Shown here in pieces: positions 44,315 through 52,924 of a stretch of 64,000 bases of DNA (position 1 is its first letter; each line of letters starts with the position of its first letter). Where the stretch lies: the NCBI GenBank assembly GCA_963749495.1, contig CAVVMW010000010.1, positions 192,001 to 256,000 of the forward strand, written 5' to 3'. The notes beneath the pieces are model-generated. The model was not told the DNA's origin, did not search any database, and saw nothing but the letters and a program-made list of their open reading frames with translations. Made by a program: the position numbers and the translations under genes. Source of the DNA: an uncultured bacterium (GTDB lineage: Bacteria > Verrucomicrobiota > Verrucomicrobiia > Limisphaerales > UBA8199).

Positions 44315-44368
44315 CGCAGGGCCTCCTGATTGTCAGCCCACCCGCGAATCTCCACGGCACGGAAATCG

Positions 44369-45007
44369 TCAGAAATCATTGACCTCTCTTATGAGCAGCC
44401 TGCCCCCGCTCATGTTTGGATCAACCAGCTCAAGCTGGATGCTGCCGTCCGAGCACTCGTAATACCAATAAGCGATTCCTTCCATTGTTTGGGTGTGTGA
44501 AGGTTCGCCGACGAGGTTTTTGAAATCGGCAATCGTTGTCAACTTGATTGGCCCGCCCGGATTCCAGTACGGACGCACTTTCTGCCGCCACTCAGCCTTG
44601 GAAGGCAGATGGGGAGAGGTACTTTGCTGGCCGGTCTCGTTACAGCCCGCGATGTTGCTGAGCCAGGCGATGATGAGCACCAGGACGATAATTCCCAGGC
44701 ATCCCAACAAGCCCTGGCTCGCTTGATTCTGCTTCGGCTGCTGGTTGGGCGTGCGAGCAGCTTGAAGCGCCTTTACTTTGGCCTGGTACTCGGCCTCGGT
44801 GATTACCCCATCTTCCTTCAATTTCGCGAGCTTGAGCAGTGATTCATTGAAATCCGGCGCGGGAGCGGGGATGGGCGCAGGCGGTTGTTCGGGAGGTACG
44901 CCGCCCAAAGCGCCCCCGCCACGGGATAATGGGAAGCCGCAGTGCGGACAAGAGGCCGCTCGGGAGGATACCTGCTTCTGGCATTCCGGGCAGAGGGTGA
45001 GAGCCAT
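44369..45007 (-). CDS. Zinc-ribbon + SHOCT + TM protein
   Basis: CPECQ..CPHCG, LLKLAKLKEDGVITEAEY, KAEW...DFKNLVGEPSHTQT..WYYECSDG. Confidence 0.82.
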   Translation of the reverse strand: MALTLCPECQKQVSSRAASCPHCGFPLSRGGGALGGVPPEQPPAPIPAPAPDFNESLLKLAKLKEDGVITEAEYQAKVKALQAARTPNQQPKQNQASQGLLGCLGIIVLVLIIAWLSNIAGCNETGQQSTSPHLPSKAEWRQKVRPYWNPGGPIKLTTIADFKNLVGEPSHTQTMEGIAYWYYECSDGSIQLELVDPNMSGGRLLIREVNDF

Positions 45008-45087
45008 ACTTTTGAGCGCAAGTTAGGGCCGTCGTTGACACGCAACTACCTACTGACGCCGACGCTGGAGGTCATTTTGATCCTGAG

Positions 45088-45456
45088 TCAGATTCCCAGC
45101 AGCGCCTTCTTCTTTTGGTTAAACTCATCCTCGGAGATCACGCCCTCCTGTTTCAGTTTTGCCAATTTGCGAAGCTGCTCGTCGAAATCCGGTGCGGGAG
45201 CCGTAGCAGCCATCGGTGGAGCAACAGGCGTACCCCCTTTGCCATTGATGCGCTTCAACTCGGGGCGCTTGGCCAGATAAATCGGAAAACCGACGATCCA
45301 GAGCAGTAAGCAGGCGATGGCCCATCCAGCAGGCCCCATATCGCACGCGCCTTTTAGTTGACCCTTCTTGACGCCAATGGCTTTGGCGTCCGAATAAACC
45401 CAAATGCTGGTTCCAAGGACGACGAGGAACACGATCACTGTTATTGAGTCAGACAT
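45088..45456 (-). CDS. Two-TM membrane protein with C-terminal SHOCT domain
   Basis: IWVYSDAK...GFPIYL; LRKLAKLKQEGVISEDEFNQKKKALLG. Confidence 0.85.
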   Translation of the reverse strand: MSDSITVIVFLVVLGTSIWVYSDAKAIGVKKGQLKGACDMGPAGWAIACLLLWIVGFPIYLAKRPELKRINGKGGTPVAPPMAATAPAPDFDEQLRKLAKLKQEGVISEDEFNQKKKALLGI

Positions 45457-45537
45457 AGTTTTCCTTTCACGGTTGGTTGGTTACAGAGGAGTCATGCCTG
45501 GCAGGAGAAAACCCCGACCAGAATTTGTCAACGATTA

Positions 45538-46632
45538 TCATGGCGACGTACGATCAGCAAAAGCACGAGCATCTGGTGGTTCAACGGGCAAATCGATGAA
45601 TAGACAGGAGGTTTTCACCGCCCTCAGCACCTTCGCCAGGGCGTCGAACTGGCCGTCCGTCAGGTCACCCCGGAATACGGCATCCAGTTCCACTCCCGCT
45701 CGGCGTCGTACGAGACCGGCAATAACGCATTTAATCGGAAGGCTCGTCCCGAGCAGGACGGGCCGATCACCGCTCAATGCCGCGTTCAGTGCCATCTCCG
45801 CGAAAGCCAGGGTCGCGGGCGGCGGCTCAGCCGCAAACTCACTGGCCCCGCCGCGCTCGGGGTCGCCGTATGCGATTTCGAGCCAGCGAACAAACTCCTG
45901 GAGGATCGGTTTTGTGGCGGTCATTGAGCTATTCCCATCCCGTCCTGTTCGGCTTCCGCTTGCGTGTTTCTTTCTTGGGGTGAAGACTCCACCGGCGACT
46001 AGGTGTATGGCGGATTGATAACGCTTTTCGTTGTGCCAGGAGCGTTGCCTAAACCCTCGCCGGTCGGAGCAATGATAATCCTGGTTATCGGCACGTGACG
46101 GGATTGTAGGAAATACAGCCAAACAGCCTGACCGCCGATCCCCGAACGTCAGCAGATAAAGTGACTTCTTCCCGGCCTCGATCTGGATACGGCAGTAGTG
46201 GCCCCAAAAACGATCCAGCGGCGGTTTGGCCTGATCGGGCACCCAGGTCGGCGGAGCTGTCTCCAAGTTGGGAAACAACTCGCCCCGCCGCTTGGGGAGG
46301 ATGCCAAAATCCCGACAACTGGGCCAGTCAAAGCTAATCGTCCGGCGCTCCTCCAAGCCGCTTAGCAACGCCCTGATGTCCTCCAGGCTCCGTCTCAATT
46401 CACAGAAAATCAGCGTTCGACAAACGCCAACCCGAGGCAGGCAGTCCACGAAAGAAAACCGGCCCGAAGGGTCCCCAGGGAAAAGACAGACGGGGTTGTA
46501 CTCGTCGCCATCAGGATTCTCGAAGAAGTTCAAGAGGTCCTTGTAGTCAACGTGGTCGCCCTGGTCGAGCTGCCAGTGGGTGCCTAACGCCTTGGGGTCG
46601 CTCTCCGGCTTTGTTGGCTTCTTTCTTTTCAT
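45538..46632 (-). CDS. Hypothetical protein; C-terminal ~128 aa resemble a degenerate DnaB helicase core
   Basis: TLAFAEMALNAA..RPVL..LVRRRAGVELDAVFRGDLTDGQFDAL..LFID; could be two genes (second ATG at 45924). Confidence 0.5.
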   Translation of the reverse strand: MKRKKPTKPESDPKALGTHWQLDQGDHVDYKDLLNFFENPDGDEYNPVCLFPGDPSGRFSFVDCLPRVGVCRTLIFCELRRSLEDIRALLSGLEERRTISFDWPSCRDFGILPKRRGELFPNLETAPPTWVPDQAKPPLDRFWGHYCRIQIEAGKKSLYLLTFGDRRSGCLAVFPTIPSRADNQDYHCSDRRGFRQRSWHNEKRYQSAIHLVAGGVFTPRKKHASGSRTGRDGNSSMTATKPILQEFVRWLEIAYGDPERGGASEFAAEPPPATLAFAEMALNAALSGDRPVLLGTSLPIKCVIAGLVRRRAGVELDAVFRGDLTDGQFDALAKVLRAVKTSCLFIDLPVEPPDARAFADRTSP

Positions 46633-46673
46633 GGCTTTGCCTGTTTCTTGCGCCGACCGGCCATGGCCAACGG

Positions 46674-46704
46674 AAAAGAAAGGGGCGCGAACCCGTCGCA
46701 CCCC
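46674..46704 (-). terminator. Intrinsic terminator-like hairpin
   Basis: Minus strand GGGGTGCGA-CGGGT-TCGCGCCCC followed by a T-rich tract. Confidence 0.6.
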
Positions 46705-46951
46705 CATCTGAGGCACCGCGAAGCGCCCGTGTAGGAGAATGCGCCAAGCCGCGCCCGATTGGGCGCTGGCTCAGCGCGGCCCCTACACTTGAAATTCGCG
46801 GTTTCCAGATGGGCCGCAGCCGTGCTGCGCTAAATTGTTATGTCAAAGAGCAGGGAACATCCGGTAGTTGATTTCGTCAACATTTTTCACTTGGCGAGAA
46901 AATCATCCGGTCCTGGCTCTGAGCGCGAGTGACGCCGGTTTCTGGTCATTC

Positions 46952-48988
46952 TCAAGGCGGAATCAGCCGGTGTGCCTCGAATGAGGGGAACCTCGACTGG
47001 ACGAGCGTCAGGAACCGATCCACCGTGCCATTCGCGACCACGACGTGCTCTACCGGCTTGGCGTTGGGCCTCCGGGCGTTCTCCACATCGGCCTTGCTGG
47101 TGCGGTAGCCATTACCCGTCAACCATCCGGCCAACTCGGAGTAGCTCATCACCCCTGCGTCAAGGCCCCAGGCCGAGCGCACGTACGCCCGCAAGAACAT
47201 GCGCTTGGCGATGGTGATGGCGGCGCTCCTGCGCGGCACCCGCAGCGGGCCAGCTTCGAGCTGGAGCCAATCGTTAAACTCGCTCAGGTCATCGACAGCT
47301 TTCAAGACGCCGCCGCCGCGCTTTCGGAAAGCCTCCCATTTCTCCCGGCAGCGCAGGAAGTCCCCCAGGCAGGCCCAGGGGAACGTGTCGAAGTAAAGGT
47401 GCGGAGTGCCGTTGATGTGTCTGAGGCAAGGGTGAATGGGACGGCGCTTCCAGTCATACTCCATAGAGACGCGCCGGGTGATCGTCTTCCCCACGAGGTC
47501 GCCGCCGTGCTTGTGGATTTCAGGAAGGCACCGCAGCAGTTGGACATCCAGCTTCGATTTGGCGGTGCGATTCTGGAACAGGCTCACCATCCAGTCGTTT
47601 TGTTCGGTTTTCTGCTCCATCTGCCTCGGCGGCTTGATGCCCGCCTTCGCAAGGACAACCGGCTCGCCGGGCAGCGGTTTAAGCGTGGCCTGCCCCCTGG
47701 TCCGCCAGCCCAAGGGCTGGGCTATGCGGTGCTTCGCCTCCAGGATGGTCTGGTCCCCGCAGACGCGCAGACGCGCCTGGGCGAACAGGCGGCACAGCGG
47801 CCCCTGTGTGGCTGCCTGGATGTCGTCGGCGCTGGCCGTGGTCAGAAAGCCGTCCGTGGTCGCGCTACAGACCTCCACGTCGTCCAAAAGCCGGGACAGG
47901 ATTTCCCCGAGGACGGCCCGGACGAACGAAGTGATGTACGCCGCGAAGAAAGGGTTCGTCACGCGGCTCGGGGGCAGCGGGCGGTAGTCGCCCGAGCGGG
48001 AGTCGAAGCAGCGTTTCATCATGAGGCCCTGGGCGAGCTTACCGTACAAGGAGTTGCCAATTTCTTTCCAGAGCTGCTCTGGCAGCGACCCCTTCTCGTA
48101 AGACTTCCTGCGCTTGTTGCAGCCGATGACGAACGCCTCGAAGGGCCGGACGTGAAACGACGAAGGCAGGATGATTCCATCGAGGATTTGGAGCCTCGCG
48201 CCCATCTTCGCGGCCAGGTAGATTTCCGGCGAGCAACAGCAACTTTCGCCGCTGAGCGGGAAGACCAGGCCGTAGGGGGAGCGCACCGGCAGGCATGGAA
48301 ACCGCGTGCCTGGCGGAAACTCGAATCGGACACGGGCGTAGCCCATCACCTCCGGCTGGAAAGCGTCCTGGTCGCGGGTTGGGTGGAGCCGTGTCCAGTC
48401 CGGCAGCCCAATCGTGAGCATCGCGGTGGTGTACGCGCCGCACAGGTCGTAGTCGTTCCAGACGCCCTCCTTGCCCGCGCCGAAGAAAAACTGCTCGTTG
48501 CGCCCGCCGTGATAACATTCGGTCGCGAAGGATTCGTAGAGCTGCCGTGCCTGGAGGGGCACATCGCGTCGGAGCTTGATCGACCGGCCCAGCCGTTTGG
48601 AGTACTTCGGGTCGTTCACATTCTCGGTGCCCAGGACGGCGTGGCGGTCGAGGCCGGAAGCCTCCCAGGTCTGAATGAGCTGGACCACGCCGATGCTGCT
48701 CAGCGTCGGCGGCACGGCATACTCGCCCGTTACTTCGTGGTTGAGGCTCATCATGATCAGCGCGTGCTCGACGCAAATCTCAGGGTCGCGCTGGGCGTAC
48801 TCCAAGAACAGATCGCGGTTCTCCCGCAGGAGCCTGTCCATGTGGCTGATCTGGTCCTCCTCCAGCTCCACCTTCGGCAGGCCGACCAGCTCGCCCAGGT
48901 CGGCCAGGCTCTTTTTGCCCGCTGGGCACAAAAGCAGGCTGTCGCGCATGATGACGCGGACGGCGTGCGCGCAGGCGCTGGCTGCCAT
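46952..48988 (-). CDS. Primer-independent family B DNA polymerase (piPolB-type), N-terminally truncated
   Basis: YAQRD (ExoIII), YHGGRNE, DYDLCGAY (PolA), KEIGNSLYGK (PolB), SATTDG (PolC variant), KH..WRTRG, EYDWKR. Confidence 0.9.
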   Translation of the reverse strand: MAASACAHAVRVIMRDSLLLCPAGKKSLADLGELVGLPKVELEEDQISHMDRLLRENRDLFLEYAQRDPEICVEHALIMMSLNHEVTGEYAVPPTLSSIGVVQLIQTWEASGLDRHAVLGTENVNDPKYSKRLGRSIKLRRDVPLQARQLYESFATECYHGGRNEQFFFGAGKEGVWNDYDLCGAYTTAMLTIGLPDWTRLHPTRDQDAFQPEVMGYARVRFEFPPGTRFPCLPVRSPYGLVFPLSGESCCCSPEIYLAAKMGARLQILDGIILPSSFHVRPFEAFVIGCNKRRKSYEKGSLPEQLWKEIGNSLYGKLAQGLMMKRCFDSRSGDYRPLPPSRVTNPFFAAYITSFVRAVLGEILSRLLDDVEVCSATTDGFLTTASADDIQAATQGPLCRLFAQARLRVCGDQTILEAKHRIAQPLGWRTRGQATLKPLPGEPVVLAKAGIKPPRQMEQKTEQNDWMVSLFQNRTAKSKLDVQLLRCLPEIHKHGGDLVGKTITRRVSMEYDWKRRPIHPCLRHINGTPHLYFDTFPWACLGDFLRCREKWEAFRKRGGGVLKAVDDLSEFNDWLQLEAGPLRVPRRSAAITIAKRMFLRAYVRSAWGLDAGVMSYSELAGWLTGNGYRTSKADVENARRPNAKPVEHVVVANGTVDRFLTLVQSRFPSFEAHRLIPP

Positions 48989-49864
48989 CGGGCAAGCTCA
49001 TGGGACGAAGGCTCACCTGTTCCAGGGCTACCGAGAGGGGAAAACCCTGGCGCAAAAGCTCTTGAATTTGGGTGATGAAGGCAAAACGCTCCAGTGCGAG
49101 CGCCTGCGAGGGCGGAGTTGTTGATTTTTCGTTCATGGTCCCTGGTTTAGCCCCTGGGCAACATCCGGCGAAGTTTTACCTTGTGTGGGATCGGTAGGCC
49201 GCTATGGCCACCAGGGGGCCAGCCCGGATTAAACTGCTCCGTCCAGCGCGGCTACGGGACCGGTCGTAGGCAGGCGTAATCACCCAAAAGCGAGCGCTTG
49301 CAGGAGCGGGCCAAAAACCGCAACATCTGCTCCGCCGAACCCATGCCGCGCCGCAACTCTTTCCACAGTTGCTGAACGGTGTGCAGCTCGGACGGTAGTA
49401 TCTGGCCAAAGGACTCTTTGAGGATGCTCACTCTGGTCAGAAAGCGGTCCCAGGCCCGGTGCAAGCAACCGGCCTCGACCAGCCCAGGCGGGGGATCGAG
49501 CCCACAGCTCACCCCTGCCTGGGTATCGAAGAATCCCTGGAGGCGCCCCACTTCCAGCGGCCGATACGTCAGCCGGGTGCCGGGCAGCACCGAGACGGTG
49601 TGGCCGCAACTCACGCACAGAAAGCGCTGCACGCGGAAGCGCTCGCTCCCGGTAGGTTTGCAGAAGCGCCAATAGAAGCCATGACGGTGAAGCCGCCCTG
49701 GACAACCTCGCGGGCAGTCAGGGCGATCTCCGTTGAAGCTGTCGGCACGGACTTGGATGCCCTCTTGAGAACCCCATTATCCCCGGGGCATCAAGCCGGA
49801 TTGTTCCCGCGAACCCGAGACCTCCTCCCCCCTCCAGCAAAGGAACGTCAGCCCTCAACGTCCA
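48972..49864 (-). mobile_element. Remnant of a DUF6431 + DDE transposase IS (IS481/Mu-like), transposase truncated
   Basis: DUF6431-like ORF followed by transposase N-terminus MNEKST..ALERFAFI..LEQVS that stops at the piPolB junction; left boundary approximate. Confidence 0.65.
49252..49758 (-). CDS. DUF6431-like zinc-finger protein (start codon unclear)
   Basis: CPRGC..LHRHGFYWR...VQRFLCVSCGHTVSVLP. Confidence 0.7.
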   Translation of the reverse strand: MQVRADSFNGDRPDCPRGCPGRLHRHGFYWRFCKPTGSERFRVQRFLCVSCGHTVSVLPGTRLTYRPLEVGRLQGFFDTQAGVSCGLDPPPGLVEAGCLHRAWDRFLTRVSILKESFGQILPSELHTVQQLWKELRRGMGSAEQMLRFLARSCKRSLLGDYACLRPVP

Positions 49865-50320
49865 CGAAAAACCCCGGGCCGCCACCGCGTAGAATGCGCG
49901 GCCATTGGGCAGATCCTCCTCGGCGATCAGAAAATCGCCGGCCTTGTCGATAATAATAGTTAAATCCTCAGTCTCTTTCGGCAGCCTCAGGAGACGGAAG
50001 AAGAGCTTCATTGCCTCAGCGACGCGTTTCAGTTGGTATTCGATGGAGGCTACGGTCAGCAGGGCGGGTGCGTAATCGGGGTCGATGGCCAGGGCCACAT
50101 AACCCTCGGGCCAATCCGTCGAGCCGATGCCCTTCTGCCCGGCGCGTGCCAGGGCCTGGCTGAAAAGACCACTGGCCATCGCAGCATGGTAGTTCCAATC
50201 AGCAGCCTGTGCCCGCTCTTTGCGCGACCTGGAAGCGTAGGTGTGGCGAATCTCGGCCAATTCGGTTTCACCTTCGACGAGTTCCGTGAAAGATCGATCG
50301 AGATACATCGGCTCATTCAT
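49865..50320 (-). pseudogene. TPR-like protein truncated by the IS
   Basis: ALAIDPDYAPALLTVASIEYQL helical repeat; frame runs into the IS. Confidence 0.55.
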
Positions 50321-50347
50321 AAAAACAGCTTGGTAAGGGTCGTCGGT

Positions 50348-50764
50348 TCATCTCAGATACGTCGCCCCAATGTCAAAACCCTCCTCGATTGTCCCAGTCC
50401 AAGCGCCATTGGGCAGCACGCATGGTTCGTAGCGTTCGTGACTGTAAGTGTAAAATGCAACGCTCCAGCTATCCTCCATAAAATGCCGCAAGCGGCAGAG
50501 ATGCGTCGGCAAATTCCGCATGAACTCGAGGTACTGCGCTTGGGTCTCGCCCCGAAGCTGGAGCAGCTTCTTCGAGGGAGGATCGGGTTCAACGTAGGCA
50601 TCGATATAGACCAGCGCACCGTGAAACCGGATGTCGAGCCGAGTGAACTTGCCCGCATAATGCGTGTTAGCATGTGCCAATACCCGCTGCTGAATTCGCG
50701 CCCGTTCGCCAGGTTTTATCTTCACACCACCCGCATGCGGATTATACGTCCAAACTTTTCTCAT
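50348..50764 (-). CDS. Hypothetical protein
   Basis: 138-aa ORF, THLCRLRHF..WSVAFYTYSHERYEP; protein-like composition. Confidence 0.7.
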   Translation of the reverse strand: MRKVWTYNPHAGGVKIKPGERARIQQRVLAHANTHYAGKFTRLDIRFHGALVYIDAYVEPDPPSKKLLQLRGETQAQYLEFMRNLPTHLCRLRHFMEDSWSVAFYTYSHERYEPCVLPNGAWTGTIEEGFDIGATYLR

Positions 50765-50891
50765 AGTTGGCTTGCTTTAGCATGAGTATGGCATGCTTTT
50801 GCCCCTGGTAAAATGAAAAACCAAGGCAATCAGGATCCTGAAGGGTGTAAATAGTGTTGACCCTTTTTCTTTTTTCTGGAGGCATTCCTGA

Positions 50892-51730
50892 AGTGCGAAA
50901 GATCAAGAGTTGGCCGTTCATGGTGGGCGCGATGCTTGGGCCGGGCTTGTTGCTGCACGGGGCGGTTTGTGAAGTCGCTCAGCGGAATCCCCAAGCCAGC
51001 GACGAGGGGCCTGGCACGGCGTCGAGGCCCTGGAAAACCATCGGCCGGGCGGTGCGGGCGCTCCAGCCGGGGGACGCGCTCGTCATCCGCGGCGGGATTT
51101 ACCGCGAAGGGGTTGTGGTCAAGGCCGGCGGCACGGCGGAGGCGCCCATCCGCCTCGAGGCCGCCCCGGGTGAGTGGGTCGTGTTGACGGGGGCCGACCT
51201 GGTCACCGGCTGGGTGCGGAGCGATGACGGGCGGCCCGTCTGGCACATTCCCTGGCCGCATCGGTTTATCGGATGGTCCAGGAACATGACCCACCCGGAT
51301 GACGATTTCCACCGGTTCATTGGGCGGTGCGAGCAGGTGGCCATTGACGGGACGCTGCTGCGGCAGGTGCTGGAGCCGGGCCAGGCGGCCCCGGGCACGT
51401 TTTGCGCCGATACCACCAACCAGGCGCTCCTGGTGTGGGACGCCTCCAGCCGGGACCCGAACCGGCTCTTTGTCGAGGCCTCGGTGCGCCAGGAAATCCT
51501 GCGTGTGGAAGGCGAGCACGTGCAGGTGCGAGGCTTGCGGTTTCGCTTCGCCGCCAACATGGCCCAGCATGGCGCCGTGGTCCTGGCAGGCCGCCATGAT
51601 TGCCTCGAGATGAGATTTCCTTCGGCTTGCACGCGTGCGACAACGTGATCGTGGCCAACGGTTTCGCGCCCACGGCCGGTGCCTGGGGCGCCCAGGCCGG
51701 CGTCTGCCTCTCCAGCAGCCCGGGATGATG
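50892..51730 (+). pseudogene. DUF1565/right-handed beta-helix protein remnant with internal deletion
   Basis: PWKTIGRA..LQPGD..IRGGIYRE; jumps near 51610 to EISFGLHACDNVIVANG in another frame, then stops. Confidence 0.65.
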
Positions 51731-51795
51731 AAACGGCTGGAACAGAGCTACCCCAAGCCAGGGGCGCCGGGAGTGGTCCTGGGGACCGAATGAGC

Positions 51796-51858
51796 GGATT
51801 GGTGGATTGGTGGATTCATGGATTGGTGGATTCATGGATTGGTGGATTGGTGGATTGA
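51796..51858. repeat. Octamer tandem array (GGATTGGT/GGATTCAT)x~8
   Basis: Seen directly; related to reverse complement of 8354-8386. Confidence 0.8.
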
Positions 51859-51938
51859 GGCACACCGAATGGCCCCCCTGGGGCGGAATGGGGGGAATTA
51901 CATGGCGCTGAGAATCAAACGGGCATAACCTCTGGCTT

Positions 51939-52163
51939 GTGGTTATGATTGACGCAGCCACATTGGCGCAGATGAACGGCCAATACGTCCTGCCGCCCGA
52001 CGCCGGCCCGGCCTGGCGCGCGGCGCATGAAGCGGGCCTCGATATGTCGCTCATCGAGGGCGCCCTGAAACTGACGCCGGAGGAAAGGCTCGCCGAGCAC
52101 CAGCAGGTCATTGATTTTCTGCTCGAGGTGCAGGAAGCAGGTCGGTCTCATGCCGCAGAATGA
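51939..52163 (+). CDS. Small antitoxin-like protein
   Basis: GLDMSLIEGALKLTPEERL; overlaps next gene. Confidence 0.7.
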   Translation: MVMIDAATLAQMNGQYVLPPDAGPAWRAAHEAGLDMSLIEGALKLTPEERLAEHQQVIDFLLEVQEAGRSHAAE

Positions 52164-52632
52164 CCAGGCTCTGCTCACCCGGCTCAAGGACAGCGGCCTC
52201 GATTTCGTTGTCATTGGCGGGGTGTGTGCCGTCTATCACGGCGCCCCACTGGCCACGTTCGACCTGGACATTTGCTGCCCTTTTGGCGAGGGAAACGTCC
52301 GCCGAATCGAGTCCGCAGTCAGCGATTTGCACCCGTTCCATCGGCTGACCGCAAACCGGTTGCCGCTGGAGATGACGCGAAGCGCTTTTGGCGATCTTAA
52401 GAATCTGTATTTGCAGACGGATTTGGGCAAATTGGATTGCCTGAGCGAGGTCGCTGGGGTAGGAGATTTCAAAGCGGTCCATGAAAGGAGCATCGAGGCA
52501 AGCTTCTCCTATGGACGATTCAGGTTTTTGAATCTTGATGCCCTGATTGCATCAAAAAGGGCCACGGGGCGGGAGCGGGATTTGGCCGCTGTCCGGTGTC
52601 TGCTCGCGATCAAGGAGAGAAACGCGCAATAA
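52150..52632 (+). CDS. Nucleotidyltransferase-fold protein (TA toxin-like)
   Basis: FVVIGGVCAVYHG...TFDLDI, LIASKRATGRERD. Confidence 0.82.
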   Translation: MPQNDQALLTRLKDSGLDFVVIGGVCAVYHGAPLATFDLDICCPFGEGNVRRIESAVSDLHPFHRLTANRLPLEMTRSAFGDLKNLYLQTDLGKLDCLSEVAGVGDFKAVHERSIEASFSYGRFRFLNLDALIASKRATGRERDLAAVRCLLAIKERNAQ

Positions 52633-52685
52633 AGCGGGCTGTCCCATGGCTGCGCGCATGAGTAAAGGGCGCTTTCATGCGCACC

Positions 52686-52912
52686 CGGGCCGAAGGCCCG
52701 CCATGTGATAGCCCGGGCTGGAGCGAAGCGGATGCCCGGGCAAACGAGTGTCCCTCGGAAACGCCCCGGCCTGTGAGGCCGGGACCCGTTCTTCACGGAC
52801 CTGTCTGCTGTGACGCCCCCTTCAGGGCGGGGGAGGCTATTGGCCGATGACCTGGGCCTCCGCTCGCAAGCTGGCTCCAGCCCAGGCTGGCACATTCCGG
52901 GCTTTCAGCCCG
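52686..52912. repeat. GGGCCGAAGGCCCG-terminal palindromic element (copy 3)
   Basis: Shares TGACCTGGGCCTCCGCTCGCAAGCT.GCTCCAGCCCAGGCTG with copy 1. Confidence 0.82.
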
Positions 52913-52924
52913 AGGACGGGCGCC

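Larger units (their letters stand above)
40925..48988. mobile_element. Decayed pipolin-like integrative element (right end lost)
   Basis: tRNA-half att site, arm-like repeats, piPolB-type polymerase, MGE-type cargo; no integrase seen in window. Confidence 0.7.

Noticed and set aside
47045..49075. 676-aa + strand ORF
   Set aside because: Antisense shadow of the piPolB gene
40925..50800. Intact prophage
   Set aside because: No capsid, terminase, tail or integrase genes are recognisable
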